A stretch of 64,000 nucleotides of DNA from Nymphaea colorata. Taxonomy: Eukaryota. Positions within the stretch are counted from its first letter, which is position 1. Each line of letters opens with the position of its first letter. The notes beneath the pieces were generated by a model. The model saw nothing but the letters and a program-made list of their open reading frames with translations. It ran no database searches and had not been told where the DNA came from. Positions 39,251 to 51,728 of the stretch are shown here, piece after piece. A program made the translations under genes and the position numbers. The DNA lies in contig NC_045138.2 of the NCBI RefSeq assembly GCF_008831285.2, positions 33,976,001 to 34,040,000 on the forward strand, in the 5' to 3' direction.

Positions 39251-41884
39251 CATCAAGGATTTATCATGAAGCATGACCAAGCTCATTTCCCACAATTTAC
39301 AATGGACATGAAAATTGATGGAAACCCGAGGAAAGGGATTCCAGGCACAGATCTTCTCTGTGGGACTATAGGTTATGTTTATGCCGGCAATCTTTATACT
39401 CAAATCAATCTAATAGCAAGAAGGTATGTAACTAAAATCACAAAAAAAAAACCGAGTATAAATGTTGAGAACAAAGTGAAGGTTGCCTTCACCATCTGCC
39501 ATACATTCACAAACCTGGGACTGAAAAAACTTGAGGTCACCCTTTGCAAAGCTCAGTAGGGACACTGAGATTTGTTCTTCAACAATCAAATTTAAAGAAA
39601 AAATACATCTGAGAAGAAAAGATACCACAAATCATATATTTTAGGCAACAGTAGGCGTACAAGTTAAAACACTCAAGTTTCAATGTGTCGATAACAAGGA
39701 TGGTAATTTTAGGTTTTAATATTAGTGTTGACATCAAATGTTGTCTAATATTTAGCACTACCAGATGTACTGCCCAAAGTTCGATTATTCATATCCAAAT
39801 TTTCCAAAGTTGTGCTTCATTGAATAAAATAGATTTGGCGAAAGATCCCTCACATCCACCATTGTCATAAACTTAGGTAATTGAAAATATAGCGCTAGTA
39901 TTGGGGCGTGAAATGAATCAAATTTGAAAGCTATATGTAAGTAAAAAAGCTTGTGTCTTGATGTATTTGAAAATAAAGATGGACATTTTAGGATTTAATA
40001 TTAATACATGCCACCTAAGTAGCTAGGCATACCAATAATTTGAGCAAGAATAGGTTCAAGCAAGAAATTATCCAGCTTAATCAAAGTTAATCTCATCTAA
40101 CCCAGTCTATATGCTTCCGGTTTATAGATTGCATATATTGCTTCTCAATGAGTCTAGGTTGGCAAACATTTGTTCCATCCACAAATCTATGCAGATGATA
40201 AGAGACGAGAAAATCTTAAAGATTTTTTTATTTTTTTTTTTTTTTTTTCATGGGGCAAACACTACACTTGCCTGGTCTTTCGAAGCTTCCTCCTTGTGAA
40301 AAAGGAAGGGGTTCTTTCTTTTCATTGTATTGTCTTAACCTTATCATTCATTTATTGAACTCAATTCCTTTCAGATAGGAACAAAAGGAAGGACACGGAT
40401 TTGACCCGATCCATCCAAGATTACATCAACATGTCATAGGGCGGCGTTGGATTCAAAGCTTATGTGCATCTCAACTTCTTATATGGACCTCACAACCTTC
40501 GCCCTCTCTTTCGTGGTGGGCAGCACAGCAGTCTGTAACATAAACCAGATCCTGGTCAATTGGATCCGAATCGGATCACATGATCGATCGTACCCGTTGT
40601 CCACGGAAAAGATGTCATTCCTGAGGTGGCAGTGCCAAGCTGCAGCAGTGCGCACGCAACCAACGCCACATGAGAAAGAGGACGCCATACATGAGTGCGG
40701 CCCTCATATACCCACAACCACCAAAACCCTCGCCCACGATGAAACCGACATCTTTTTTTTTTTTTTTTTTCTAGTGGTAATAATGCACTTCATAAATGTT
40801 CCCAACCTCAATTAATGGTAAAGGAAATTTTTTTTTCTTATAAATAATATAAAATTTAGGTGTGGTGTATTTGACTAATGGGAAATACAGTGGCGACCAC
40901 CCTCACGCCACCATTTCTCTTCCGGCTGACGCTACTTGCTTTCTGCTGCTGCGCGTAGACGGGCCAAATCGGTGGCCATACTGCTCGAATCTACTCGCCG
41001 AATATGCCGCGTGGCTTTCCCCTCAGTACGCGACTCCTCCACATTTTCTTTCGACCTACCTTCTCCATTTACTCCTAAGCAACCTGCTAGCCGGGGCTAA
41101 GTTTTACAAATAGCGGCTCATTAAGAAAGAATTTCCAGATAGCGGGCCCCGAGACGGAGCTACAATTAGCAAAGGAAGAGTTTCAAGTTAGACCGACGTG
41201 TTTTCGGAAGCTGTGCCAACATGTTGCTAATATCTTCTTTTCTTTTAAAATATTTTTTTTTTGTGTTTCTTTACCATTGAAAATGCATATGGGACTTGCT
41301 TTTTTGAACTAAAAGAGGTGAATCGAAGCCTGCTTTGCGTTCGAATAACTTATTTATTTCGTGTGAGCAGACGATGCCCAGCTTAAACACAATCAACCGC
41401 ACCTTATATAGGACATGATAATAGTGTTTGTGGCCCGGACAAATTTAGAGTTGTTATGTGGGCTGCAAAATGAAACGATAACAATGTTTGATGTCTTTTT
41501 TCAGGGTAAGCGACAAAGTCGATGGTTTTGGTGAAATTTTCTTAATTAACCGATCGAGTTAAAAAATAAAAATCTTCCTTCATTTTTTACTGTTTGACGT
41601 GTTGCTTTGGTTGGCGGTCGTTTGCGGCCTTTCGCCCCCTCACTTTCCTCTTGCCTGGCGTCGGCCACCGTTTATGGGCGTATAAAACTCGCGCAAACCG
41701 TTGCGTCTTTTCTCCGATCGCGATTTCTGGATGGCCGCCTCTGGGATTTTCCGCTTCGCATCTCTCAAGACCATGATCTTTTGCTTCGTTTTTTCGTGTT
41801 TTTGGTCTCATTTTCTCAACAAGCACAGAGATTACCTTTAGGAGGTGAAGGTAGGGAAGAAAGGGGAAGGAGGAGAAGGGAGGA

Positions 41885-44800
41885 ATGGGGAAAGGTGCGT
41901 TTCTTCTCTCTTTTTTGGTTTGGTTTTCTTCCCTGCTTTATTTTCTACCCCCTTTTCCTTGTGTTTCCATATAGCAAAACTTCTTTTCCTTTCTGTTCTG
42001 AATTTGGGCTTGAAAAATTAGGGATTCCCTTGTCTGGAATAAATGTTTCTGTGCTGATGAGTGTATTCTCCTTTTTTCTTTTTCAGCTGTTTTCATTTTC
42101 TTTTTTACGGTAGCGTGGGCGATATTTCTACTTGTTCTGCGATTTTCGTTTTTTCTTGATTTAGGGGATGATTAATGTGTGAGATTAGGGCTTCTTTGTT
42201 TTTTCCCCCTTCCTATCTCTCTCATTGGTGTTTGAGAGATGCAGACCATTTTTTTTCCTTCTTCGTTTTCGGGACTTCTTTTCTTTTTTTGCAACAAATG
42301 TTTAAGAAGTTCATGAAAAATATGTCTTAAAGAAATTTCTCTCTTCTGTTTTATACGGAAAGTTTGAATCGAAAAATTCGTTTTATTTTTAAACATTTTT
42401 TTTTCGTTCCTTCGCTATGTTTTTGGCGTGTTTCTTTTTTTTTTAAATTTCTGTATATATCTTAAATTAAATGAAGGGAGTTTTTCTTTCCTCTTCTTTT
42501 GGATATTCTATCTGATCGATCTCTGGCTCTGGAAACACTATATTTCTCCAAATTTAGTCCCTACTCTTCGTTCAGCGGATAGAAATACGGCTCTAAAAAT
42601 TTGCGCATTAAATTTCGAAGCAACGGTCCTGAGGTAATTTTGTCTCTTTTTTTTAGCATCTAACCCCTAACAAGATGAAAACCTTCAAGAAAAATAAACA
42701 AGTTCTTTCTCTGCCTTCTTCTGGTGAAAGTTGTCCTCTTGCATTGGCAGGAAAGGGCCGCCGTCGAGCTGCTTCATTCTTTGCTAGCGATGACGAAACC
42801 CTTAGTACGGTTTCAACAGCTGAGTCGTCCGAGCTTTCATTGGCGCCAGAAGTCGATGAGGTTCGCAGTGATACAGCTGAACTCGATAACTACTTGGATG
42901 CTCTTTATGAGAAGAGGTTCGATCATCCTTTCTTCTTAATTTCCTTCATTTTGTTGGTTTTTAGTGGATTCTTTTGATGGCCGTCAAAATTTCACGAACC
43001 CATCTTATTATACATTGTCTTTCTCGCAAACAACAGAATAGTTACTCCACTGGTTGGACGCCGTTTTACTTTGTTAGTTTCATATACTTTGTTAGCCTGT
43101 ATGAAACTGTATATTGGCATTACGTAGTGTTTGCGTCTGTGTTATTTCTGACTTTGGCATTTTTGCCGTCGTGCATATTCATGTGTGCTTTCAGGATTTC
43201 ATAATGCATTCCAAGATTGAACAGACAGCAATGTCTTGCTATCTTTTGAATTATCAACTTCTGTTAACATTTTTTTGTCGTGGCTTGCTTCACTTTGCAG
43301 TATCTTTCACTAACATCATATGCCTAGAATTAAATGTTGAATGTTCTAAAATGCAGTTTGTAGTGAGTTGTATCAACTGAGGCTTACCTAAGTTATTCGC
43401 TTAAAGCATGTATCTCTTTCATGTGAATGTTTTTAATGTTTATGACGTGTACTTGGTTGTGGCACTTATATATCTTGCCATAATAGGTTGTTATTAAATT
43501 CTCATCACATTCTTAAAGACAGTTGTATTAGGTGATAGGAGCCGATGCTTGTCAAAGTTATTAGCTTTATGTATGTCTTGCTTTTGTATCAATGATTTTC
43601 AGATTTATAATTGTACCATTAACTATGGCATTCATATTAGTGAATAGGTTATTAAATTCTTATTTTATTAAATTCTCGTCATATTCTTAAAATATGGTTC
43701 TAGAGTATTATATCGTTATGGGCGACTGATGCACTTGTCTAAATTAATAGCTTTAAACGTGTAATTTTCTTGTATCAAGGATTTTCAAACTTAGAAGCAT
43801 ATGATTAGTTGTAAACTTCTATTTGTAGGTGTAATGGGTGCTAATTATGTCACTTATATTTCTCTTTGTTTATCAAGAAACATGCAACTTTTTCCAGGTT
43901 AACAACCAGAGAAGCTGGACTATATATCTTGCCATAATAGGTTATTAAATTCTCATCACATTCTTAAAAGACAGTTGTATTAGATGATAGGAGCCGATGC
44001 TTGTCAAAGTTATTAGCTTTATGTATGTCTTGCTTTTGTATCATGATTTTCAGATTTATAATTGTACCATTAACTATGGCATTCATATTAGTAAATAGGT
44101 TATTAAATTCTTATGTAATTAAATTCTCATCATATTCTTAAAATATGGTTCTAGAATATTATATCGTTATGGGCAACTGATGCACTTGTCTAAATTAATG
44201 GCTTTAAACGTGTAATTTTCTTGTATCAAGGATTTTCAAACTTAGAAGCATATGATTAGTTGTAAACTTCTATTTGTAGGTGTAATGGGTGCTAATTATG
44301 TCACTTATATTTCTCTTTGTTTATCAAGAAACATGCAACTTTTTCCAGGTTATCAACCAGAGAAGCTGGACTAAATGGCTTGTGCAAGGTACTTATGAGT
44401 GGGATACATGTGGACTTTGCAGTAGACAAGTGAGTGTATAGTCTCACAGTATTAATAACTTGCTACTGATATATGTCACAAAGGAGGAGTGCCTAATTTT
44501 TGAATTGTTCATTTCATTATCACGTTTGTCTTATGCAGGGGTGAAACTTTGCTCCATCAGTGTGTTTCCATCCTCAAAAAAGGTGCTGCTTCTGAGATTT
44601 CCTTGGCTGCACGTGTGTTGGGTGAGAATAACTTCATCTATTAATCTGTTAGACTGTTTGACCATAGGTTCCAAATCTATAGTTCTTGACCAACCATTTT
44701 GTTCTGCAGGCTTGCTTATTATTACGGTAGGAGAGAGTGAATTGGCTCCTATGATATACAGTGAATCAAGTTCCCATCTATCTCGCATTTCTAAACAGGG

Positions 44801-47800
44801 AACAAATGTTGCTAGTCGTGTTTCGGTATGTCATTCTTGTTCTCTTCTGGTGACTTAGTTATGTGATGATTTCTGTGGCTGCTATTGTACTATAGAAAGG
44901 TTAGATTGGCTGACTCAGGTCACAGCAGTTAGGCCAAATAGAGTGTTAGATTAGACCTGACTGGGTTTGATCAGTTATGGTGGTTTAAGCCGCAAAACAT
45001 TGACTATCCTTGTGTTTATTGGGGCCTGCTGTTGATAAAAATCAGCCTTGACAGATGGACAACCTTTTTTTGCATTTCTTATTGTACTTGTCCTAATACT
45101 GAGAAAATTAAGACTAACCTAAGGGCTATGTCACATGGGTATGGGTACGATAAGGGTACGGGCACGGGTACGCGGACACGACAATTTTCAAAATTTTAGG
45201 ATACGCGGACACGGCGAATTTTATATTCTAAAAAATTAAAAAGGATAATAAAATTAAAAAAAACATTAAATTAATAATTCACTCTTACAATCTCATAAGT
45301 CATAAGAAAGAAAGTCTCATATTCTCAAACAAAACATTGTTCATCACCAATCTCATAAGTCATAAGAAAGAAAGTCTCAAACAAAACAAAGAATGTCGGG
45401 TTAATAAAGTGGTTCGGATCGGGTCTGACCCAGACCTGATCCAAAACGTATCCTGCCGTGTCCAAGTGTCGGTATCCAGGTGTTAGAGTGTGTCGACACC
45501 GGTACGTGGCCCATTTTGCCGTGTCCATGTGACATAGCCTAAGGGTGAGTGAAACATTGGCCCTTTTAAGCTGCATGCCAGATAGCTGTGTTTTCCGAAT
45601 TCCTTGTTTATCTATGGCTTACCACAATGAATATTTTTCAGGCACTGAAATCTCTTGCTATTATGACCTTTGTTGTGGGCAATGATGAGGATACAGATAC
45701 CACGCTGAATGTTCTCTGGCAAGTTGGTTCATATAATAAGGCTTTATTCGCCAATAAGGTTAATATAATTTCTTTCCTGATGTTATCTACTTTATTAATA
45801 TACTAACGTTAATAATATTGAGTATATGGTTTTTTTATCCTGTATGCACTTTATCCTTGAAGGCCTCTGGAATCACTGAGCCAAATCATGAAGTTAGGGC
45901 AGCTGCGCTAACTTCATGGGCATTCCTTCTGACGACTGCAACTGCAGAACAAATTGACTCTTTTTGTCTGAAAGGGTAAATATTGACTTTGTTTCTTTTT
46001 CCTTTATGCTTCTTGGTAACCATAAACATTCTCCTTCCCAACAACAAAAAAGAAAAAAATAATCTAACAGCCGAATGCTTAAATTTGATGTTAGATTCAA
46101 TGCTTTGATTCCACTGTTAAAAATGGATGAACGATCTGTGCGGCTTGCTGCTGGAGAAGGGATTGTTATAATCTTTGAGAGGGCAAACATAAGTGCATCC
46201 AAATTTGATGATGGAGAGCCCTTCGAGTCTGTCAGTGGAAACTTGTCAAGAAGTACATATGAAGATGTTATCCATCAAATGAAGGATCTCTCAATCGAAG
46301 CTGGTGGAAGAGGAACATCAAAGAAAGAACTGGGTAGTCAGCGTAGCTTTTTCTATGATGTTCTGGCCTACATAGAGGTTAGTTTTGCAAAGTTTTGCTC
46401 TGCTGAGCTTTCAACTTTGTTGTTTATGTACCCAGTTTGCTTTGTATAAATGTCAATGCAACACAAATCTCCTAATATTTTCACTGCATTGGTGCTAGAA
46501 CATGAATTGTTTCTGGGCTTCATCTAGAAATGGACTATGTATCTGAGAATAAGGCAGGCTGTTGCATGCGTATTTTTACAGAATTTCACTCCCCATAAAT
46601 ATGTGACAAATTTTATATTCTCTGCATGTATGGCTTTACAAGTTCTTATTTGCATTGTCATGGAGCATAGCGTGTGTCATGTAAGCTTAACCATCTCTTC
46701 ACTTTAATCAAGGGTGACACCAATTTTTACTGATACGAAAGGGTCGGGTTAGCTTTTCTGGCTCCTCTTGTTGTCTTTCCTTTGAACTCATTATGCTGGA
46801 TGCATGTGACATTACGCTATTACCCTGCCATTTTTTTTGGTTGACCTGTTTGTTTCTGTCATGTACCTGCTATTAGTGCTAGTTGTTCTGAGATAGGCCT
46901 GCCCTTGCAAGCCTGGCCTTTTCTCTGCAGCTTTTCACTTGGCCATTGCACTATAGGGAACATTTGTTAGGCTAAGTTGAAGATGAGGAAGATATTCTTC
47001 TTGTGAAAAACAGAAAAAGTTCATACAGGCAGTTTTGTTAAAGAGAAAAAGTTCTCACAAAAGTATATTCATCTCTTGTCTGCTATGGGGTTTGTTGGAC
47101 CTCTGGTTGCCTGCTCTAGAAGGATATTAGTTGTTTGTTTTTGTTCGTTATAAATTATTCTTAGTTAAAAGGTATATGAGGTTGAACTGTTAAGTCTGTT
47201 ATATGTAGTTGCATGTCCTTGTGTTTGTGCGAAATGGTTGTTAAGACAGTCATTGTAACTTAGATTTGATTACTTTGACGATCTTGCAGGAGGGAGTAGG
47301 ACCAGATGTTTCTGTTAAGTTGAGCAACTCTGAATGTTTGAGGGTTACTTCCTGGATGCAGTCAATACAGGTATAAGTTTGCACATCTCTCAATGCTGTA
47401 GTCAATGATTGACATTATGGGATGACAAATCTGGGCCTGTGCTAATGTAGATGAACATGTTCAAAAACTTTCTTGGAGGTGGCTTTCAGACACATTTGCT
47501 GGCAAGTCTTCCTGGTTTTGTTATTCCGCTTTTACGAGAATCCCTTTTTGATGGATGATCATCAGTACATAAAATTAATGAAATATGCATTATTTGCAGG
47601 GCAATACTTTTCTACATGATGTTTTTGATTTTAAACCAAAACAGAGCAAGAAACAAGTATTATCAACAAAGGAGAAGGTAAAAGTGCTCATGAGATTGTA
47701 GAACTATGTGTTATAAAGAAGCTGATTCAAGTTACTTAGTTATGACATTTTGCATCCTTGGTGCTTTTGGATGTATTTACTTTTCATGCAGAGGATGTAC

Positions 47801-47984
47801 TTGTCACCAAATTCGGTTTTAAACAAGGCCAGAACTCAAGAGTTGAACAAGCAAAGGTCAAATGCTCGGGTATATATATCTCTCTCTCTTTCTCTCTTCC
47901 TATGGTTGTTCTTGTTCTTAATGAATGCTTTTGAAACAGGTTGGTAATTATGGACACTACAGCATCAACGTGGTCGAGGATTAG
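41885..47984 (+). CDS. Interferon-related developmental regulator (IFRD) family protein. Exons approx. 41885-41894, 42751-42916, 44349-44429, 44539-44621, 44710-44825, 45642-45758, 45863-45975, 46095-46377, 47290-47370, 47451-47501, 47600-47677, 47792-47869, 47940-47984
   Basis: Motifs LDALYEKR..TREAGL, RAAALTSWAFLLTT, DERSVRLAAGEGI..IFE, FLGGGFQTHL, SPNSVLNKARTQELNKQR, characteristic of plant IFRD proteins. Thirteen exons join in frame. Confidence 0.88.
43467..44371 (+). repeat. ~450-bp tandem duplication (43467-43920 / 43921-44371) spanning the intron 2 end and exon 3 start of the IFRD gene
   Basis: Both copies begin tatatatcttgccataatagg and end ttttccaggtta.caaccagagaagctggac. Confidence 0.93.
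45126..45537. mobile_element. Non-autonomous hAT-type MITE (~412 bp) in IFRD intron 5
   Basis: 13-bp TIRs CTATGTCACATGG / CCATGTGACATAG, 8-bp TSD CCTAAGGG at 45118-45125 and 45538-45545, subterminal GGGTACGG/CGGACACG-type repeats. Confidence 0.88.
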
Positions 47985-48821
47985 CTGTATGTTTGGTCTG
48001 AAGTATTATTGGTGAAGGCCCTTTAATTTCCTCAGTTTGTATTGTAGATGCTGCCTCCTGTAACTTTTCTACCGTGGGGAATTGTTTGTAGTTTATACAA
48101 TTTTTTGCAGGGGCCAAATTTAGGTACTTGGTTGGCCACTGCCGGCATGAATGTTGTTAATGCATGTAAATGCTAGAGTTGGATCTCCGAAAGTGGCTGG
48201 GATTTGTATTCCGATGCAATGCGAACATCAGTGAAGATCAAACAACGTTTCTGATTGATGCTTTTAGGCCTTATCTCTCTCTCCCACCCCTCCCCCTTTG
48301 TTTTTTTTTTGCGTTTCACTGGATTGGGCCTATGTATGTTTGGTCTGACACGGTCATTTTCTTACGATAACTGTTGCGTTATGTGTAACCCGGTTTCCAA
48401 AGGTTGGTGGATCATTATGATCCAAGCAGACGACTTGTGGAGCGCCGCCGCAAGATTGCGGTGCAAGATGTCCAATGGTTTGCCTGGCGTGTGGACGATA
48501 CATATCCTAGTGTACCCCAGGCGCAACCTGTAGGCCCCTTTTAAGGTGTTGGGATTTTGAATTTGAACGACGGAAACTTCTTGTCCATGTTATACAAGGC
48601 TATTTATTGGAAAAATAAAAATCGATTCTAGGTGGAAGCAATCACCAGTTTTTTTTAGGTACCTTTTTAATCATGTATTCCGGATTGATAGGTTGGTAAA
48701 AGTTTGGTTGTCTATTGAAATTGGACTGTAGGCATTATTCATGTTGAATTGCAAAATAGTATATGTGTGATGCTTTGGTCTACCGTTTTTTATTCAGATC
48801 ATAGGTGAAAAAACCCTGAAA

Positions 48822-48912
48822 TAGGTACTTTTGGTCTCTTTTAAGTATCTTCCCAATCACACGTGTATGGGTACTTTTGGTCTCTTTTGAGTATCTTCCC
48901 AACTACACGTGT
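48822..48912 (+). repeat. ~46-bp tandem duplication
   Basis: ggtactttt(t)ggtctctttt.agtatcttcccaa..acacgtgt occurs twice. Confidence 0.85.
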
Positions 48913-50381
48913 TTTGAAATCGGAAAATTATCGATAGAAAATATTACAATTCTTTTTTAGTTAAATCCTACTCGTGAACGTCAATATAGGTTAATGCATG
49001 CGTCTCATTTCTTTGCCTTTTCCTTCTCCTAATTAATCTGACCGACTGCCCAAATCTCTAACCATTTATCTGCTATCTTCTAGGCAAACGCTTGATGTCT
49101 TAAGTGCGTAAAGTCACAGTCACAGAGTAAAATCGTAGAAGAAAAAGATGTGAGTACATGTGATAAGAAATACTGAGTTATAGCTTTGGGATTCTACAAT
49201 TAGCCATGTCTCATTGTTTGATGATTGCCTAGGGCATAAATCTTGATCAATGAGATGAAAACTAGAGCCGCTTTGAAGTTGGCTGCTTAAAGGGACTGTT
49301 AGATAAGACAAAATAACCCCAATAAGTGGTGGCCATTGGAACAAGTTAGTCGTATACTTTTCCAACGTTTGAACGGAAATTCAGAAAAGTAAAAACGGAT
49401 GTTATTGTAAGCAAAGCCAAACAATAGGTAATCTCTTCATCAACTCTAGACAAACTTAAGCTTTTCAAGGCCCAGAGAGGGGGCTTCCGCTTCTCCTGAT
49501 CTTGTAGATGGACTCTTATTATTCCATTTTTGGGCTTATGTTAATGGAGCTTGTTAGACTGCAGAGGAATAGGGCGGAATTACGCAGCGTTTGATTGCCA
49601 TGAGAAACATTGTTGAAGAGGGGAAGGATTTCAAAAGCGTACTGCTTTTCCGCCTCTCACCAAATCATAAAGAAAATTTTTTGGCCCTTTCCATGGATTC
49701 TGCTTGAAAGTTATCGGGGCAAATAAAATGGTCCGTCAGAGGGGGTCCGGCTATTTCCCCTGGTAAATTTAGCTTTGGCCGAACGCCGTGCAGCTCTTCT
49801 TCTTTGACAGAGCAGTGGCCTTCGTCCTTCTCAGCAACGGCAGTGGAAGCAATTCTCTGTGGTGAGAGGTAAGGCGCTCTATCTTATCTTTCTTCCTCCC
49901 TCCTTGATAGGCGAGATTGTAGAGGGTTCTGCTGCGGTTGTTGGTGATGCGCTATGCTGAACTATTTCCCTTATAACAAAGATTTTACGGCCTACCCATT
50001 TATAATATTGACTTATTTGCAAACATCTTTTGGTTCCATTTTCTTAACGGCAATTCTCTTTTTAAGGTTCTCCAGCAAATCTTGCCGTGCCTGATCCTTT
50101 CCCTACATCCCTTGTGCGACCTACCTCTGCCAGCATTAAGGTCCTCCAGCATTCAACGCTCCTCTAGCATGCCGACCGGCGCACGCCCAGGTTCCTCTCT
50201 CCCCAACCCCAACCCCTGTAATCTGCCCCAACTTCTTGTTGGGTTTTGTAATGTTGAAGAATCAATTCTCTCTCTCTCTCTCGCTGTTCTTTATTTTTCT
50301 GTTCTCTGTTGTTGTTCTACCGCTGGTACTTGCGGTTTTTGCCTCCAACAACCTCTTGATGGCTTCATAATGTTGAGTATC

Positions 50382-50412
<31 letters not shown>

Positions 50413-50493
50413 GGTATTGAGGAATGTTCTCTCCATGTGGTGTCTCTCTATGTGGTATTGAGAAATGTTGAGTTTGGGATTAGGGATGCCGTT

Positions 50494-51728
50494 ATGGAGG
50501 CTAAGTGGATCGGTTCTTTGTCCTTCTCTTCCTCTCTCTCTCTCTCATATGGCTGTTAATGAAAATAATCAACAGTAGATCAGTAAGTCTTCTTCTCTTT
50601 TTTTTTTTTATCAAATTACATTATGTTTCTTCTTTTCATTTGCCGTTTCGATATCTCAAGTAGACAAATTGTTTGATGCTCTGTTTACATATTTTTTATG
50701 GTTTGAGGATTAGATTGGGTCTTTGCATTCTTCTCTTGGTCTTTGATGTTGCTTGATCACATATTCACGTTATGTCCGTGGCACCAAATGTCGTGTTTTG
50801 GCTTGAAATTTTGTCTTGCAGTTTGTGTGGACGAAGGCGATGATGATCTCTGGTGCGAGGATTCAGCTTCTGATGGGTATAGGGATGATGGTCGTGATGG
50901 TAAATCAGAGCTTGATAGGGAGTGGAAGAGGAGGCAGAATCAATTTCATACAGTATCCCGAAGCAATCTCAGATTGTATACTTATTGTATTTATATCATA
51001 TTGTCTTTTCTTGAAACAATATGTTGTGATTTTTGTAAGGTTTTCGTAACATGCTCTTTAGATTGGGTATAGAGATGGATTAATGGCGGGGAAGGAAGCT
51101 TCTGCACAGGAAGGTTTCAATGCTGGTTTCAGGGAATCTGTGATGGCAGGATACAACTGGGGGTTGGTGAGAGGCATTACCAGGTAACGGCTGATTTCAG
51201 TTATCACTGTCGTTCTCAAGTTAAACTGGGAAGGGAGGTGATCCAATTTCATTTCTACTAATTTTACAAACTTTTATCAAGATAAAGCTTTCTGCTGTAG
51301 TCTGATTTTGGAAAATTGCATCTATGGGTGCCTATTCTTGTTCATCGACTAAATTTTGCTTTTGGTCTTTTTCTTGTTCTTTGACGTGCTGGAAAACACT
51401 TTTAAGTACATTGAGTTGCCTCCCGGATGAGTTGAAGGAGAAGCTAATTGGAAGATCTGATAAAGGAGACGAGCTTCAGGCCCTATATGAAGCTACACAC
51501 TCTGTTTCATCAAATGAGGCACTAATATTTTTTCATGATGATGTAATGAACAGAAAACCTCTGGACAGTGGTCCAGATTCTTCAGGTGACTTGATACAAC
51601 CGAATGTTTTGGGTGATGCTTCATACTGCGGGAAGCTGGAAAGTTTCAAAGAGAAACTCAAGAGTGTCGTTAGTGAATCTCCTGCTTCTGGAATCATTGC
51701 AGTAATAGAATCAAATATAGCTGGCTAA
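50494..51728 (+). CDS. Yae1 N-terminal domain protein (YAE1-like). Exons approx. (50494-50512?), 50822-50952, 51062-51184, 51407-51728. Start uncertain
   Basis: LDREWKRRQNQFHT-IGYRDGLMAGKEASAQEGFNAGFRESVMAGYNWGLVRGITS is the GxxxG-repeat Yae1_N signature. The first coding exon is inferred only from phase. Confidence 0.82.

Noticed and set aside
39104..39559. 151-aa ORF as a functional helicase gene
   Set aside because: Only ~50 aa match SNF2. The conserved Arg of RAHRIGQ is lost and sister copies carry stops and frameshifts.
41587..42113. 168-aa and neighbouring ORFs at the IFRD 5' end
   Set aside because: They span the GC-rich 5'UTR and T-rich intron 1; Phe-rich and not protein-like.
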